A DNA stretch of 64,000 nt, taken from positions 80,662,001 through 80,726,000 of the forward strand of contig CM060732.1 of assembly GCA_030704615.1 (NCBI GenBank), written 5' to 3'. The notes beneath the pieces were generated by a model. It was not told the origin of the DNA, ran no database searches, and was given only the letters and a program-made list of their open reading frames with translations. Made by a program: the position numbers and the translations under genes. Origin of the DNA: Takakia lepidozioides. Lineage: Eukaryota > Plantae > Bryophyta. Shown piece by piece: positions 14,554 to 27,400 of this stretch (its first letter is position 1; every line of letters starts with the position of its first letter).

Positions 14554-14929
14554 TATTTTTAAAAGAACATTAGGCCATCCACCGACCAACATTCATCCAC
14601 TAAAAATGACATACATGTACATACATACGTGATCCCTACACCATCTCCCTAAATTTTAGGGATTTTCACCGTTAAATTTGGGAGATATAGTGTTATTTTG
14701 GGGAGCATTTCTCTTTTTTTTGGTTTGCAACAAATCTTTCTTTGCATGTTGAAGGGCTTTTTGAATTTCCAAGATGACTACCCCAACTTTTCATAATTTA
14801 TAGTCCAAATGCCAAATGCATGCCAAATTTCAAATGACCAAGATTTTATAGCATAGGCTGCTTTGTACGTGTTTTTGTGATAGCTAGGCCACACATAGCA
14901 TTTGTCTCCGTTGGGTAGGACGCACGTCA

Positions 14930-15375
14930 GGGAACTGCGTTTTCCAACGCTGCGAGGCAAGCAGCCACACAAGCCCCATCGTTCCCAGTGGGATTCAGTT
15001 TGAACAGCAGGGATTGGTAGCTAAGATCCAGCGTGATGGCATGATAGATTATATCATCATTTTCCTGCTCTCATGGCGCCTTCCCACATTGGTGGCACCC
15101 TACTACAGGCTGCAACATTCAAGGAACGCACTTCCATCTCCACAACGTAGTTTCTTTTGCCTTAGAAAACTACGTCGAGCGGATGCCCTGCCGGCAGTGT
15201 AGGAAGCGTCTAATACTGCTGAGCGTCAAGGGCCCGTGTTATGGGAACTGCGTTGCCTCCATATGTAGAGCTAGGCCCCGCCGGCAGTGTAGGAAATGCT
15301 TGATACTGCTACACGCCAAGTGCCCGCATTGTGGGTACTGCGTTGAGGCAACGCATATGTCATGTGTGGCTAGGT
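14930..15375 (+). repeat. Direct repeat, copy 1 (partner at 19712-20087)
   Basis: Colinear similarity, e.g. GGTAGCTAAGATCCAGC, CTGCTCTCATGGC.CCTTCCCACATTGGTGGC.CCCTACTACAGGCTGCA and GGCAACGCATATGTCATGTG. Copy 1 has an internal ~90-bp tandem duplication (about 15185-15345). Confidence 0.8.
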
Positions 15376-15834
15376 ATAATAGTCATACCAGGGCCACACA
15401 GGCCAAATACATCCGAGGAACGCAACTCCCGTAACGCGGGGCCTCGGCACGCAAAACTATTAGACTGTCCCTAGACTGGTGCCCCTGCGTCCGGGCAACC
15501 GAGTTCTCTAACGCGAAAAGAACTGCATTATGCAGCCGAACGTACATTCCGGGAAGCATCCACCAGATCGTAGAGGTCCACGTGTCTTGTGTCATTTTCA
15601 CGTGCGTTGTGGGCCATTGGATTACACACCATCTCAATCACTCCTGGTTTGCCACCTATTCAATGGATTGTGGGAGGGCAGCATGTGTGGCCGCAACACA
15701 GCTGCCGTCCAGCAACGTCGCGAGGCCTGCGTTCAAGAATTGTGCATCCACCTAATGGGGCTGCACCCTGTGTGGCCGGGGCATCATGCCATACATAGCA
15801 TTTGCCTTCGTTGGCAGGACGTTAGGCGGCCTGC

Positions 15835-16473
15835 AAATGAGTCGACCGACTCGCCTTTCACCATATGGAGTTTTGTCAGTTGCTCCCGTAGACGATCAGT
15901 AAAACCCAAGGGTCGAAACTGTGTTAGGAAAGCTGTTTTTAAGGTGTTCCAATCAGGAAATGCTCCATGTTGTTGTCGATCATACCATTGAAATGCTAAT
16001 TCCCGCAAAGTGGCAGGGAACATTGTCAACCAACAGAATTCCGTCCTGGCATTATTAGCAATACAAGCTGTCATAAATTGAGCCAAATGGCGGTCAGGAT
16101 CTGACCCTTGCAACCCCGTAAACTGTGGCAGGGGCGATACATTGACAGTTCTATCGTTGGGCGTTCCCACATTCACCACCACCGGAATTGATTAGAGAGC
16201 AATTGGTACTACCGCCATTGGTACTAGTGCAATAGGTGGTACAATAGGGGGTATAATAGGTGGTGCAAGGATTGCAATAGAAGACGCGATAGGTGGTGCC
16301 GATGCAGCTGCCTGTGCGGCTAATAATGCTTGTCGTGCTATCCGAATTGCCAATTGGTCAGATCTGGCTTTAGCCTTATGTTCGGCGGTTACGGGAGATT
16401 CCCTCATACCCCATAACCCCTTCTTCTTAATTGACAATACAAGATGATCTCCTCGATTTCTTGCAACAGTCAA
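15835..16473 (-). pseudogene. Ty3/Gypsy gag (Retrotrans_gag-like), with an in-frame stop and 3' truncation
   Basis: LPQFTG..DPDRHLAQF..MFPATLRELAFQWY..WNTLKTAFLTQF..LREQLTKLHMVKGESVDSF. ORFs 16192-16473 and 15784-16182 are in the same frame, separated by one TAA at 16192-16194. Confidence 0.85.
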
Positions 16474-16955
16474 TTCAAGTGTTCTTGACGTTTCCTCTTG
16501 TTCAGGCGATAGTTGAATCTACTCCTTCTGCGCTATCGCCAGAGCTAGCATCTCCACTTTTGAGAACAGGGAGGCTCAACCGTCTCCCGCGCCTTCTTCT
16601 GAGTCCAAGAACATTCTGGGATCTCTGCCTTCTTATGCTGCTTACATAAACTACAATAAGGACATAGTTCGAAACCAGGTGGGAAAACCTTACTATTAGG
16701 AATGACTTCCCCCGTCATCTCGTAATTCCTCAACAGAAAGTAATTATCTTGAAATTTTAGTAAAGCATCACTATAGCAAACCGCATCATCTTTCCCCGGC
16801 AGCGGCGCCAAAAAGATGTAGAATAAAACTAAGATCAATCCTAAAAGAAAAGATCAATTAGTTCTAAGGTTCGTTCGCTGGGGAAAGCACTATACGACTA
16901 ATACATAATGATGTTAGACAATTCTATCTCTCTCTATCCCTTCTTTGAAACAACT

Positions 16956-17246
16956 TTACCAACAGTCATCTTCATCTAACACGATCATCATTCTTCCAGA
17001 TTCATAAATATTCTCTCCATCTTCTATTAACTCTGCTTCATCGGCTGAAATCAAATACCATTGCTCCACTATATTTTTCCTCCAAGAATCTCTCTGATAC
17101 AAAGTCAACAGCTCTCGATACCATTCTTTACTGACTAACCATAGATTGATTATCTCTTGTAGTCTTTTAAAGATATCTAGAGACAAATTATTAGGCAATC
17201 CAATAATTAATTCTACAGGATATACTATCTGTTCTCCTTCACACAT
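16956..17246 (-). CDS. Small F-box-like ORF (96 aa) in the retroelement leader
   Basis: LIIGLPNNLSLDIFKRL..LWLVSKEWY fits the F-box pattern LxxLPxxxxxxIFxxL..VxKxW. ATG start. Paralogous to the adjacent ORF. Confidence 0.5.
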   Translation of the reverse strand: MCEGEQIVYPVELIIGLPNNLSLDIFKRLQEIINLWLVSKEWYRELLTLYQRDSWRKNIVEQWYLISADEAELIEDGENIYESGRMMIVLDEDDCW

Positions 17247-17262
17247 CGCTAGTGATTATTCT

Positions 17263-17538
17263 TCACCACCAATTCCGTTTCTCCAGTCGCTCCAGGGATT
17301 TTCTCTCACCAAAATTATGATTCCATTCTCTCATAAGTTCAAGATAGCCTTCAAATGATCTATACCACTTTTGCAACCAACTATGTTTCCAATAACAACT
17401 CCGGTACAGGATGGATATCTCCCTATACCATCCTTTATTGACCAATTGCAATAAGAATACTTCTTTATCACTACAACAAAGCTTCTGAAAGATTGTTATC
17501 GATAAATGGTCTGGTAATCCAGTGATCAACCCTGACAC
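17263..17538 (-). pseudogene. Second small F-box-like ORF (no in-frame ATG, probably decayed)
   Basis: LITGLPDHLSITIFQKL..LQLVNKGWYREISILY..W....L.KWY aligns with 16956-17246. Starts at GTG, with an in-frame stop about 17 codons upstream. Confidence 0.45.
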
Positions 17539-18464
17539 TTCCTTTATTCCCTCATCATTGCTCTCTGCCAGGCAAATGATTTTACTTCACAATTGTACTC
17601 ATACCCTGAATTCAATTGAAGACTCTTTCTATCTTTGTCTCCTTAATCTGCTCCTTCTTAAGCTTTGGATATCCATCTATCGATATTTCTCTTGGTAGAG
17701 CAGAAACTAATTTTCACACCGAATTCTTATCTGTTTCATTTGTGCGCATTCTCACCATCTCATATAATTATGGTTATTCAGTTCTTACACACAGAAACAC
17801 ATTCTCATTCCATCACTTCATTCTCCACACATACACAAAGTGAATTGCACTTCCTTTTTCTTCTTCTTCACAGTCATAAATCACAACACTGCAAGAACGC
17901 AGTACTAAATCTATCATTGCAGAATAACTCTATAGTCTATCTTCTACTCACTCTTCTCTCCCTACTCCGGTCACGGCTCTCTGGCTCAACTGACACTTTC
18001 TGCTTCTCATGAACGCATTATATAGCAGGGCGCTTCAATAACTGTAATAACCGCTCAAACTCCTTCATCCATCCTATACAATTATTCATTCATCTCTTCT
18101 ATCATTCAGTCCAAGATAGACTATCGGCTGTATACAAGATATCGAAGAATACTGCCCTATCGCAGCAATATCGAAGGTATTGCAGGCTATATCGATGAGA
18201 AAGGTATTAAAAAGTTCTGAAAATGGTAAAGGAGAACAAAAGGTGGTGTTGCAAATGTACCCAGTAGCATATCATGGGGAGACACAGGGGATAGAATCTG
18301 AGTTTACCTCTGAAGCTGACGAGAGGACCACTGACACCGATAGTGATCTTCAAGTCTTACCATTGTCACCTAAACATACACGGAGCTGGCGGATCTACCG
18401 CTGTGCTAATCTAGGGGAGTACCCCTAGCATGGTGATTTCGATAGTGACTCTGATGATGCTATC

Positions 18465-19712
18465 TTGCAATGGGAAGGAGCCCGATCTTCTTATATGGTG
18501 CAGCACGAATCTGAGTGGGAAGAGGCCACCACGTCGGAAGATATCGCGTGGTATGATTCGGATGATAATAACCGTGCTCCATTGGTAAAGAAGGACCTCT
18601 ATCAAACCTTGAATTTGAACACAGCTGCTGAGCCCAATGACATTATAATTTCTGCGGCAATCCCATCAAATGAATTGTCTATGTGGAAGGAATTCTTCCA
18701 GAAACATCGTACGGCTTTTGCATGGACCTATACTGATCTTCGGGGTGTACCCCCAAAAATTTGCCAGCATCGCATTATATTGGAGGAAAGAGCAATGCCA
18801 GTACGGCAACGCCAACATCGATTGAATCATAAATATTCTTTGTTGGTTAAAGAAGTGTTGGACAAATTGTTAACTGATGTATTCATTTATCCTGTACCTT
18901 ATAGCGATTGGGTATCGCCTATAGTGGTTGTGCCCAAGAAACAATCAGACAAAGTACGAATTTGTAAGGATTTTCGGAAACTTAATGCCGTGACTCGGAA
19001 GGATTATTTTCCATTACCTTTCACTGATATTATTTTGGATGCAGTAGCGGGCCATGAGTGTTATTCCTTCCTCGATGGTTTTTCTGGTTATAATCAGATC
19101 ACGATCGCAGAAGAGGATCGGCCCAAGACTACTTTTACCACCGATTGGGGCACTTATGCCTATAAAATCATGCCCTTCGGACTTTACAATGCTCCTGCTA
19201 CGTTTCAACGCGTGATGACTGCCGTCTTTCAGGATTACTTGCGTCTATTTATGGAGATCTTCTTGGATGATTTTTGTGTCTATAGCAACAAAGCAACACA
19301 TGCTGAGATGTTGGAGCTATGCTTTCAAAAATGTAAGGAGTATGGGATCTCCCTGAATGTAGGAAAATGTCAATTTTTGGTTACCAAGGGGAAGCTTTTA
19401 GGCCATATTGTATCAATTCGAGGGATATCGACTGATCCCACCAAGATTGAGATTATTGTCCAATTACCTACCCCCACGACAGTGACAGAGGTGTATGTCT
19501 TTTTGGCCATGTGGGGTACTATCGCCGCTTTATCCGTCAATATGCTGAGATTGCCCTACCATTGACGCAATTATTGAAACACGATGCCGAGCAACAGTGG
19601 ACAAAGGAATGTCAACATTCTTTTCAAGAATTAAAATGGCGATTGATAAAGGCGCCTATCTCGATTTCCCCCGATTGGACTAAGGAGTTTCAGGTCTATG
19701 TGGATGCTTCAA
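18465..19712 (+). mobile_element. Ty3/Gypsy (non-chromovirus-like) pol fragment: RT plus start of RNase H, frameshifted
   Basis: FAWTYTDLRG, WVSPIVVVPKK, DFRKLN, FLDGFSGYNQI, MPFGLYNAPATFQR, FLDDF, LLGHIVS. Frameshift near 19500, then GYYRRFI..EFQVYVDAS, cut off at about 19712. Confidence 0.92.
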
Positions 19713-20087
19713 AGGAACAGTGTTTTCCCAACGTTGCAAGGCAAACGGCCACATAAGCGTCATCCTTCCTTGGTGAGACCCAGTTTGAACAATAGGGATC
19801 GGTAGCTAAGATCCAGCAAGGCAAATGATGATGTCATGATAGAATTATATCATTCTTTTTCTGCTCTCATGGCACCTTCCCACATTGGTGGCGCCCTACT
19901 ACAGGCTGCAGCGTTCAAGGAAAGCACAGCTTCCATCTCCATGACATAGTTTTTCTTGCGTTAGCAAATTACGTCGAGCGGACGCCCCGCTGACAGTATG
20001 GGAACGGCCTGACACTGTTGCGCGTCAAGGGCCCGCGTTATGGGAACTGTGTTGGGGCAACGCATATGTCATGTGCGGCCTGGGTAT
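19712..20087 (+). repeat. Direct repeat, copy 2 (partner at 14930-15375)
   Basis: See copy 1. It begins where the RNase H coding sequence breaks off. Confidence 0.8.
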
Positions 20088-20929
20088 GAGGGTTGACACT
20101 TGACACCGTTAATTTAACTTCATGACCCATTTCAGGTCGCCCTGTTTGGATGCACTATCGTAACTTTTGCAAATGGACTAAATTTATTATGTTCAGTCCT
20201 TTTGCACAATCATAGCGCTTGAGGTGGCAAACCTGTTTCAACTTATTGCATGTCATTTGGAGCAGGCATGCAACGTCTAGGTTTTCTTAAATGGCGAAGG
20301 GTCATAAAATAGTTGAGTGTAGGGGAGTTAACTGGCAACGTGGCCAACCTCATTGGGCCACCCCAAATCTCGAAAAATGCCCAATTTTATTATATAGATC
20401 CTACTGAAAACTTGCCTACTACTTATGGGTAATGTAAGTAAGTCACTCACCATAGGGATTTGTTAAATTATAATTTTTGGTATGGCCCGCTTTGGAAGGT
20501 CTAGGGAAGGTCTGAATATGGTTGTTATGGATTGTTTTAGGCATTGAATTAAATCGGCAGTGGAGAAAGAGGAAAGAAATTTAATTATATATATATAACA
20601 AAGCCCCAAGAGGGTAGGGTTGTGGACTCATTCATGCGAGTAAAGGATGAGAGGAGGAAAAACTAACGAGAATTAACGTGAACACATAGTGAGAGGGAAA
20701 AAATAAAATAAAATTGTGTGGACGTGACAATCCATGGGTGTAGGAGTAATATGTTTGAAAACGGAAATAGAAGTCATGGGCAAACATAGGCGGAATCAAT
20801 AGGGTCAATTTTACATGGACTTTTTATTTGTTGTGTTATTAATATTATATTATTATTTGGATGAAGGCCCGAACAATGCCCAAAGGGATTGATAAAAGAG
20901 GTAAAACTAACATCAAAGAGCCATGAACT

Positions 20930-21640
20930 TACCAACGACATGACAAACCACCTGTTTAGCAGCATTGCAGCTTTGCTTCAGACCAGCCATACCCACTTTG
21001 CCTACAACCCCAAGAGACACTTCGAGATCACTAAACTTCCAAACATGATAGAAACAAAAGGTCTGCAAACATTGAAGAATATGAAAACACGGTGGGTTTC
21101 CATCATTGAGCCACTGAAGATGATTTTTGGTTGAGTACAAAACATTGCTAGCCAAAATGAAGATTGATAGTGCTGACAACAAGCCGGATAAGGTGAGCAG
21201 ATTTGAACCTCCGCCATATGCTTTATAATATATATATTTTTTGGTCCATTTTGTTACATTTGTTGTTTCTAATGTGGTTTGTCATTGTGGCATGTGGCAG
21301 GCCTTGCTGGTTTTGTTGTGTGACCCATACACATTGTTGGGGATGTGTGTTCTTCCGTTCTTGATCATGAGAGCATTAACTGCTTGGTGCAGTTTGCACA
21401 ATCCAAGAATATATTCATTTGTGATATGGTTGCAGCAATTAAGATTTGCAAGGGTCAGTTGTATTCTTTGTATGTTGACCCGGCCATTGCGTTTGCAAGT
21501 GATGAGGGTCATTTAAGAGTTTGTTGGATTGATCAGTGCAACCATGAGCAGATTCACCTCAAGTGGGTGGATGACCTCAATGACAACTCAGACCAACTAG
21601 CTTTCATTATGAAATGGTGAACACATTTGGGCGGACCATG
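20930..21640 (+). pseudogene. Decayed hAT-like (ZNF862-type) transposase, middle part
   Basis: HFAYNPKRH..LKNMKTRWVSIIEPL and INCLVQFAQSKNIFICDMVAAIKIC, spread over several frames with stops. Confidence 0.55.
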
Positions 21641-21998
21641 TGCGTGGTGCAACCATGCCCAATGCCAATGTGACTGCTATTGGGGCCAATGCCTATGTGG
21701 AGGCTGAAGCTGGCAATGTGGTTGATGAGGCAACCCCCTACGGAAGTCACTATATGTATTTTTTCCATATCACGTACGTACAAAGGTATATTTATACTAG
21801 GCTGTATTTTGAAACAATTTCACTTTTTTCCATCTTATCTTTAGGTTTATTGTAAAACCTTTTGTTTCCTAACACCCTATTTTTATTTATAATTTTCTAT
21901 ATTTTAAATTGTCTTTTTAAATAATTACAAAATTTCAAAGCATGTACACAAATAAGTACATTCCATTCGTAAGTCAAATGCCGGACCCAAGAAAAAGT

Positions 21999-23500
21999 TT
22001 AATTTTCATGAGCCACAAACTTTTTCAAAGCCGCAACATCACTTGGATCTAAAGAGTACAAGCTTTGACATGGTTCAAATGTCATAGTCACTATTGAGAT
22101 TATGGTCTCAACATCAATCCACTGTGTATCATTGGAATCATATTTGAACTTCAGGTGACCTCTACATCTAGAGAACCAATTCAAAAACACCATAATCGAA
22201 GGACACCCAGATTTGGATAGAGCAGGCTTATTCATCAAATCAAAAGGCTGCCTTGATATTCCTCATATAGAGCCAACTTTCATTCAAATCTTTTGTATTT
22301 TGCCCAACCACCAAGTGCCCTGATCCACTGCAGCAGTGATGGCCGCAGGTACACCATTGGCTGCCCGTTTGCCCTTATGTCGTTTCTGTACTGCCTTCAC
22401 CGAAGATGACAATTGCGTGGATATCATTTGAATGAAATAAACCCCACAATCGCTGCCCAATCCCAGCAAACAAGTGATTGTAGATGTTGCTGCCTTCATA
22501 TAAGACTCTGAGTTGTTGAAGTATATAGAATTGCGAACACAAGTCAATCTATGGAGAGAAATGGATTTCCATTTAGTTGACTTACTAATGTAGATTTGAA
22601 TATCTGATTACCTTCAAAAGACACTGTTGGAGAAATTGGCCCAGCTGGTTTATAATCTAGAGGAATGTGTTCTTTTAGAAGGTCAAGCATGTCGTGAATG
22701 ATGTGCTGGACTTCCTGCTCAGCAACAGCTGCGGGTTCTATTCCATCATCAAACACTTTTTCGCCCTCAACTACTTCAACCCCAACAGTATCACCAATCA
22801 AATGAGCATACCCTCCATCATCAGGCAAAACATCAGGTCTGATTGTTTCATCCCGATGGACTTCACCGTCCCCATTTTCCCCATGAGTCCACTTCTCCGA
22901 GGGAACATACATGAAATGCTTAGGATCTTTGTCTTCAACCTTCCAAGGCTCTATCCATCATTTTTTGTTTCTTGATTGGGGAGGATGTGCCATATTACAG
23001 CTGTTGTGCTTTCCTCTTGCAGTGCATCAACTACCTGCTCATTAATTGCGTTTGCTTCAAATTCACCGTACATGTAATTCACACACAAGTATGTTTGACA
23101 TTGGATAGAAACATGATCTGTTTATTTGTATCATCTGAGGAAAGACCTATAATAACAAACGAGAGGTTGCACTGCAAATCTACCCATTCGTCCAAAATGC
23201 ACCAAACTTGGCCCATTCTACCGCTGCAGGACAATTACCACCATAAAGTTCAATTGGAAGCATGCTGAACTGAAGTAGTAGAGACAATCTCCCATATTCC
23301 CAGATTCTCCAGCCATTGTAGTAAAGAAGGTGGCCTATCTAATAGTTCATCTACTCTAGCTTGCATAAGATTCCACGCAGGTGGTTTGTAGTTGAGTCAA
23401 TCAGACAATAGACTTCGAGCTTTAGACCCCACACCCACTTTGAATGGAGCACACTTCTGAGATAGAGAACGTACATTTATCGACATCTGCATCATAAAAA
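21999..23500 (-). pseudogene. Decayed ORF of unknown family, probably transposon-borne
   Basis: Consecutive minus-strand ORF pieces (22544-22912, 22284-22547, 21999-22238) with protein-like composition (WWLGKIQKI, VFLNWFSR, QWIDVETIIS), separated by frameshifts or stops. Lies inside the hAT remnant. Confidence 0.35.
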
Positions 23501-26019
23501 ATGATGATATGAGGTCAATTCCAACAATACTTATAATTTAGCCCTCTCTACCTTTTAGCAAACATAACAAGAGAACTACCTTATTCAACTTTTCACTCCA
23601 CAGACAGTTTTTTGTAAATCATTTTTCACAATGTTCTTTGAACCACGTGAGGCTTATTCCAACCATACCGCAAAATAGTGAGGATGTAGGCTCCAACTGC
23701 CACACCCGGTCCAATCACTTCTTTCAACCTGTGGCACCATCAGCCTAATACTCAAGACTTGGACCACATAAGGTTGACATCATCTTTGTCGATCATAGTT
23801 GGCCATGAGGTTCACTGCCATCTCATTTAGACAACACTAGTGCTTGATTTGTTAGAACTGAACATGCCCCTACCTATCACATAACTAATCACATGAAAAC
23901 TGGTGATGAATCCCTTACTTTCTGCCCAAAGAACAGCAATGTGCACTACTCAAACGTTGATGACAGAGAGAGGGTTGCAACAGAAAAAAGTGAAGTAGAC
24001 TTACAAGCTGGAATTTCAGAGCCTGGACGAGCAGGAGTTAGCAGGCGTCTGGCGATCTGGTGCATTCCAACCTACATTGCATCCTACAAGTCATAGCAAA
24101 ATATGTTAAGTGTGCCAGGTGTTCTCGATCTCTGAAAATTTTAAAAAAATCTGAACACTTTGCATATCAGCAAAATTACACTTACTACTTAGTCGGTGTA
24201 GCAATGTGCCAGAAAGCTCAAGCATATGACCTCCTCTGGCTGAATTCAGAGTCATGTGAAATGAGAAATGAGAAATGTGAAGGAAAAAGATAAAACAGAT
24301 ATATCTCAAGCTGAATGCAACCAATACTTACACATCATAAGGCGCCAAGCATGCATCACCATCCGAGCCAAATAAAATCTCTTATCGTTGAATGCTCTCA
24401 CGGTTCAAATCTGCCATTTTTGCATCATTGAAGGTTACACCACTGTCACCCTCTTTTTCACTCATATTTCTACTGTGGTGTTGATCGTACCTATGGCAGC
24501 AGCCCTGAATTAGTGAATGTTACTACAAAAGTTACCAATTGCGCTCACATTGCACTCCATTCCATTGACTCTTGAATTTTAGCTTGCGGCTACTCCTCTA
24601 TTTAAATTGTTGTACTGTAAATATTGCGGTAGCTATGCATAGTAGGGACTCAAGTACGGCACCCATTCTCTTTCATTCTCAAGCTACTCACAAGATAGGT
24701 GCAGCCGATAGCAATGATGTAATACACCTCACATCCCTCTGCTGGACCAGCCATCACTTGCTCTCTTTGGATGACAAGTGTAAGTGTCATGACAGTACTA
24801 TCAGCCCCATGAACATCACCTTTTGTAAGTTACTAATCTAAAAATTTGGACAATGCTTGCATACTTCTACAACGAATAAGAGATCTTGGCATCATTCTTT
24901 TTTGCTTTTATATATCATGAATCAGATCAGCTTGTCCTGGTACAGCCAACGATCACATGGCTGAAAAACCAAGATGTCTACTTTCTAATTCTTATAATAA
25001 GCACTGGTTACCTACTCAAGCACCTGCTGTACCAGCCATCACTTGCTCTCTAATGACGAGTGTAAGTGTCGTGACAGTATCATCAGCCCCATGTTTAACC
25101 TTCAAAATTGGACATCCCACCCAGCTCATGTATTACTGGCTGCACACATAGTGGAGCCTATATGTCTTCAATATACACTCACAGATGCGACAAGTGCTTG
25201 CAGTTGCTTGCATCGTAGCTCATGGCCCTGAGACCTGTCTCTAACGCCACAAACCAAAATCGCAACTGCACCGTGAAAGGGTTGAGCTCCAAGTCGCATA
25301 ACAAATAAACCATGCGCATGACACCATCGCCCTAATCCTATGATTAAAGATGGATGAATGCAGTTTTGAGAAGATTTCATTCTGATGAATTAGAGCTAGA
25401 TGAAATATGAGAAACTTCACAAGGGACCACTAGCAGATGCAGATCCAAAGCAAATTGTAGCTTGTTCTTAAAAAATGACAGAGTTGAAAAACGATGCTCG
25501 TCCATACATTATACTTTAGATAAAATCCTTTATTACATTAACTTTTTAAGTAAAACTCTGGATTTTTTGTGACATTTTTATTAAAAAAAATGGGTGAAAT
25601 GATATTTGCCTACCATATTTTCTAAATAAAACTTTTATAAAATTTACCTCAAAAAAACAAACTACGCCCATATTTGTTCTCATGTGGTTTTGAAAATACA
25701 GGGAGTGACATTCCCAGGGGCAACCCCAGAAGTCCCAAAGAACTATGTTAACAATGATGCATAGAACATCCTCGTGACGAAAGTAAGACTGAGTGTTCAT
25801 TCCATCTAGCGGATAACATTTGTAGGGATAACGTCCACAAAAAGTGGTCCGGAGGGAGAAAACTGTATGTTCATGCCCCTTCAATGCACCTTTCTGTTGT
25901 GCTTGTTGTGATTTTCGTAATGCCTTGGTCAAAATTTGGAGGAGCTTGTTGCATTGGGGGGAGGGGGTACTGCTTTGAACTTTATTGCTTTCTCTATATT
26001 AACATGTGTTCATGTGGGT

Positions 26020-27400
26020 GTGCAGCGGAGCAGCTGTGGCGGAGCTGAACCTAAGATTCTCCCAACATTTTGTGCTTGATGTCATGGCTATAGTATACCC
26101 AGAGGAACAGTTGCAAGCATGATGCGATGAGAGTTTTCCAAAGCACGTTGATGTGTTGAAGAATTGGTATGGTGAAGTATGTATATTTGGCACGGGAGCA
26201 GAGAAGAAGACAACATTGGGCATGCTGAATCGCTGGGACCTTGAATCTCAGCAAGGTATGCTTAAGTTGTGTATGAAAAGCAATGCCTTGGCTGCCATGG
26301 AGCCGGGCCCCTCTGACATCAATCCTCTCACCAAGATTTGGAGAATTATTGATGCCTTTAGAATATCAATTTATGCGTTCACTACAGGAAAAAAAGGGGG
26401 TTAGCGATGCCGCGGCGTCGCTAAAGCCCCCTTTTGGGGCGGGGTACAAACCCCAGATTGCAACATCTGGGCGTCGCAGAGGCGTCGCTAGAATACCGTC
26501 GCTATTTACCGACGGATGGGGGTCGCTAGGTAACGCCGGGGCGCGGAGGCGACGCCGGCGCGACTTGCGACACCCTGACGTCGCAATTTTTTATTTTATT
26601 ATTATTATTATTATGTTTCCTTATCTACGATGCCGCATTAGCTAAAGTACGACCCCGGACATTGCAGTTTAGGAAGGTACATTTGAATTTAGGTGGGAAA
26701 ATTCGAATTTGAATTTCAAATATTTATTGACCATTGACTCCGGTTCTGTCCAATGGCAATACGTTCATTGTTCTACATATATTAGGCAATGCATACTTGA
26801 ACCTAAGACCTCCTACACGTTATAACATTTCTAAGACACTACAGACTAACCAACACACCTACGATACATCTATGTATCACAAAAGCAGTCTAAGTATATA
26901 TATACATATCAAATATTTCTTTCAAGTTCATTCTAAGGGGATCCCAAGCGACGTCCTTGTGATGACCTAAGTTGGCTACTACACCATTGCGACCCCCTGG
27001 CGTCGTAGCATGGGGTGTCCCCAACAACATTTTTGTGACGTTGGGGGGTTTTTTGGGCATTGCGACCCCACGATGTTGCAAGGAAAAAAACTTGCCGCGA
27101 CCCTCTGCGGCGGCTGGTCATCGCAGCGGGAGATTGCGACGCCGGGGCGTCACAAAAAAGGCTGCGGGGGTGGCGTCGCAGGCCCAACACCGCGCCCAAG
27201 TGGGGACGCGGCTAGCATCGCTAACCCCCCCCCCCCCCTTCCCCCCCCAAAAAAAAAAAAATTTGCAGTAGTGGTTCCCGGAATATATGAAGCTTGCAGA
27301 AATCGTGATGGTGCATGTGTTGGGCATGTGGGAGTATATGGCCAAAAATTCTTAGGTCTGGACAATTTCCCTATAATGCCTGTTTTGACGAGTGGAGCGT
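26020..27400 (+). pseudogene. Decayed hAT-like transposase C-terminal (dimerisation) part, interrupted by a CACTA element
   Basis: RFSQHFVLDVMAIVYP..NPLTKIWRIID. Removing 26380-27273 plus one TSD restores the frame ..SIYAFPEYMKLAEIVMVHVLG. Confidence 0.6.
26380..27273. mobile_element. Non-autonomous CACTA (En/Spm) element, 894 bp
   Basis: Termini CACTAC (26380) and GTAGTG (27273), 3-bp TSD GTT on both sides (26377-26379, 27274-27276), subterminal inverted match GGGGGTTAGCGATGC / GCATCGCTAACCCCC, and many GCGAC/GTCGC motifs. Confidence 0.92.

Noticed and set aside
14930-20087. The direct repeats as the LTR pair of an intact retrotransposon
   Set aside because: No TG..CA termini, PBS, PPT or TSD seen, and the enclosed gag and pol are truncated and on opposite strands.
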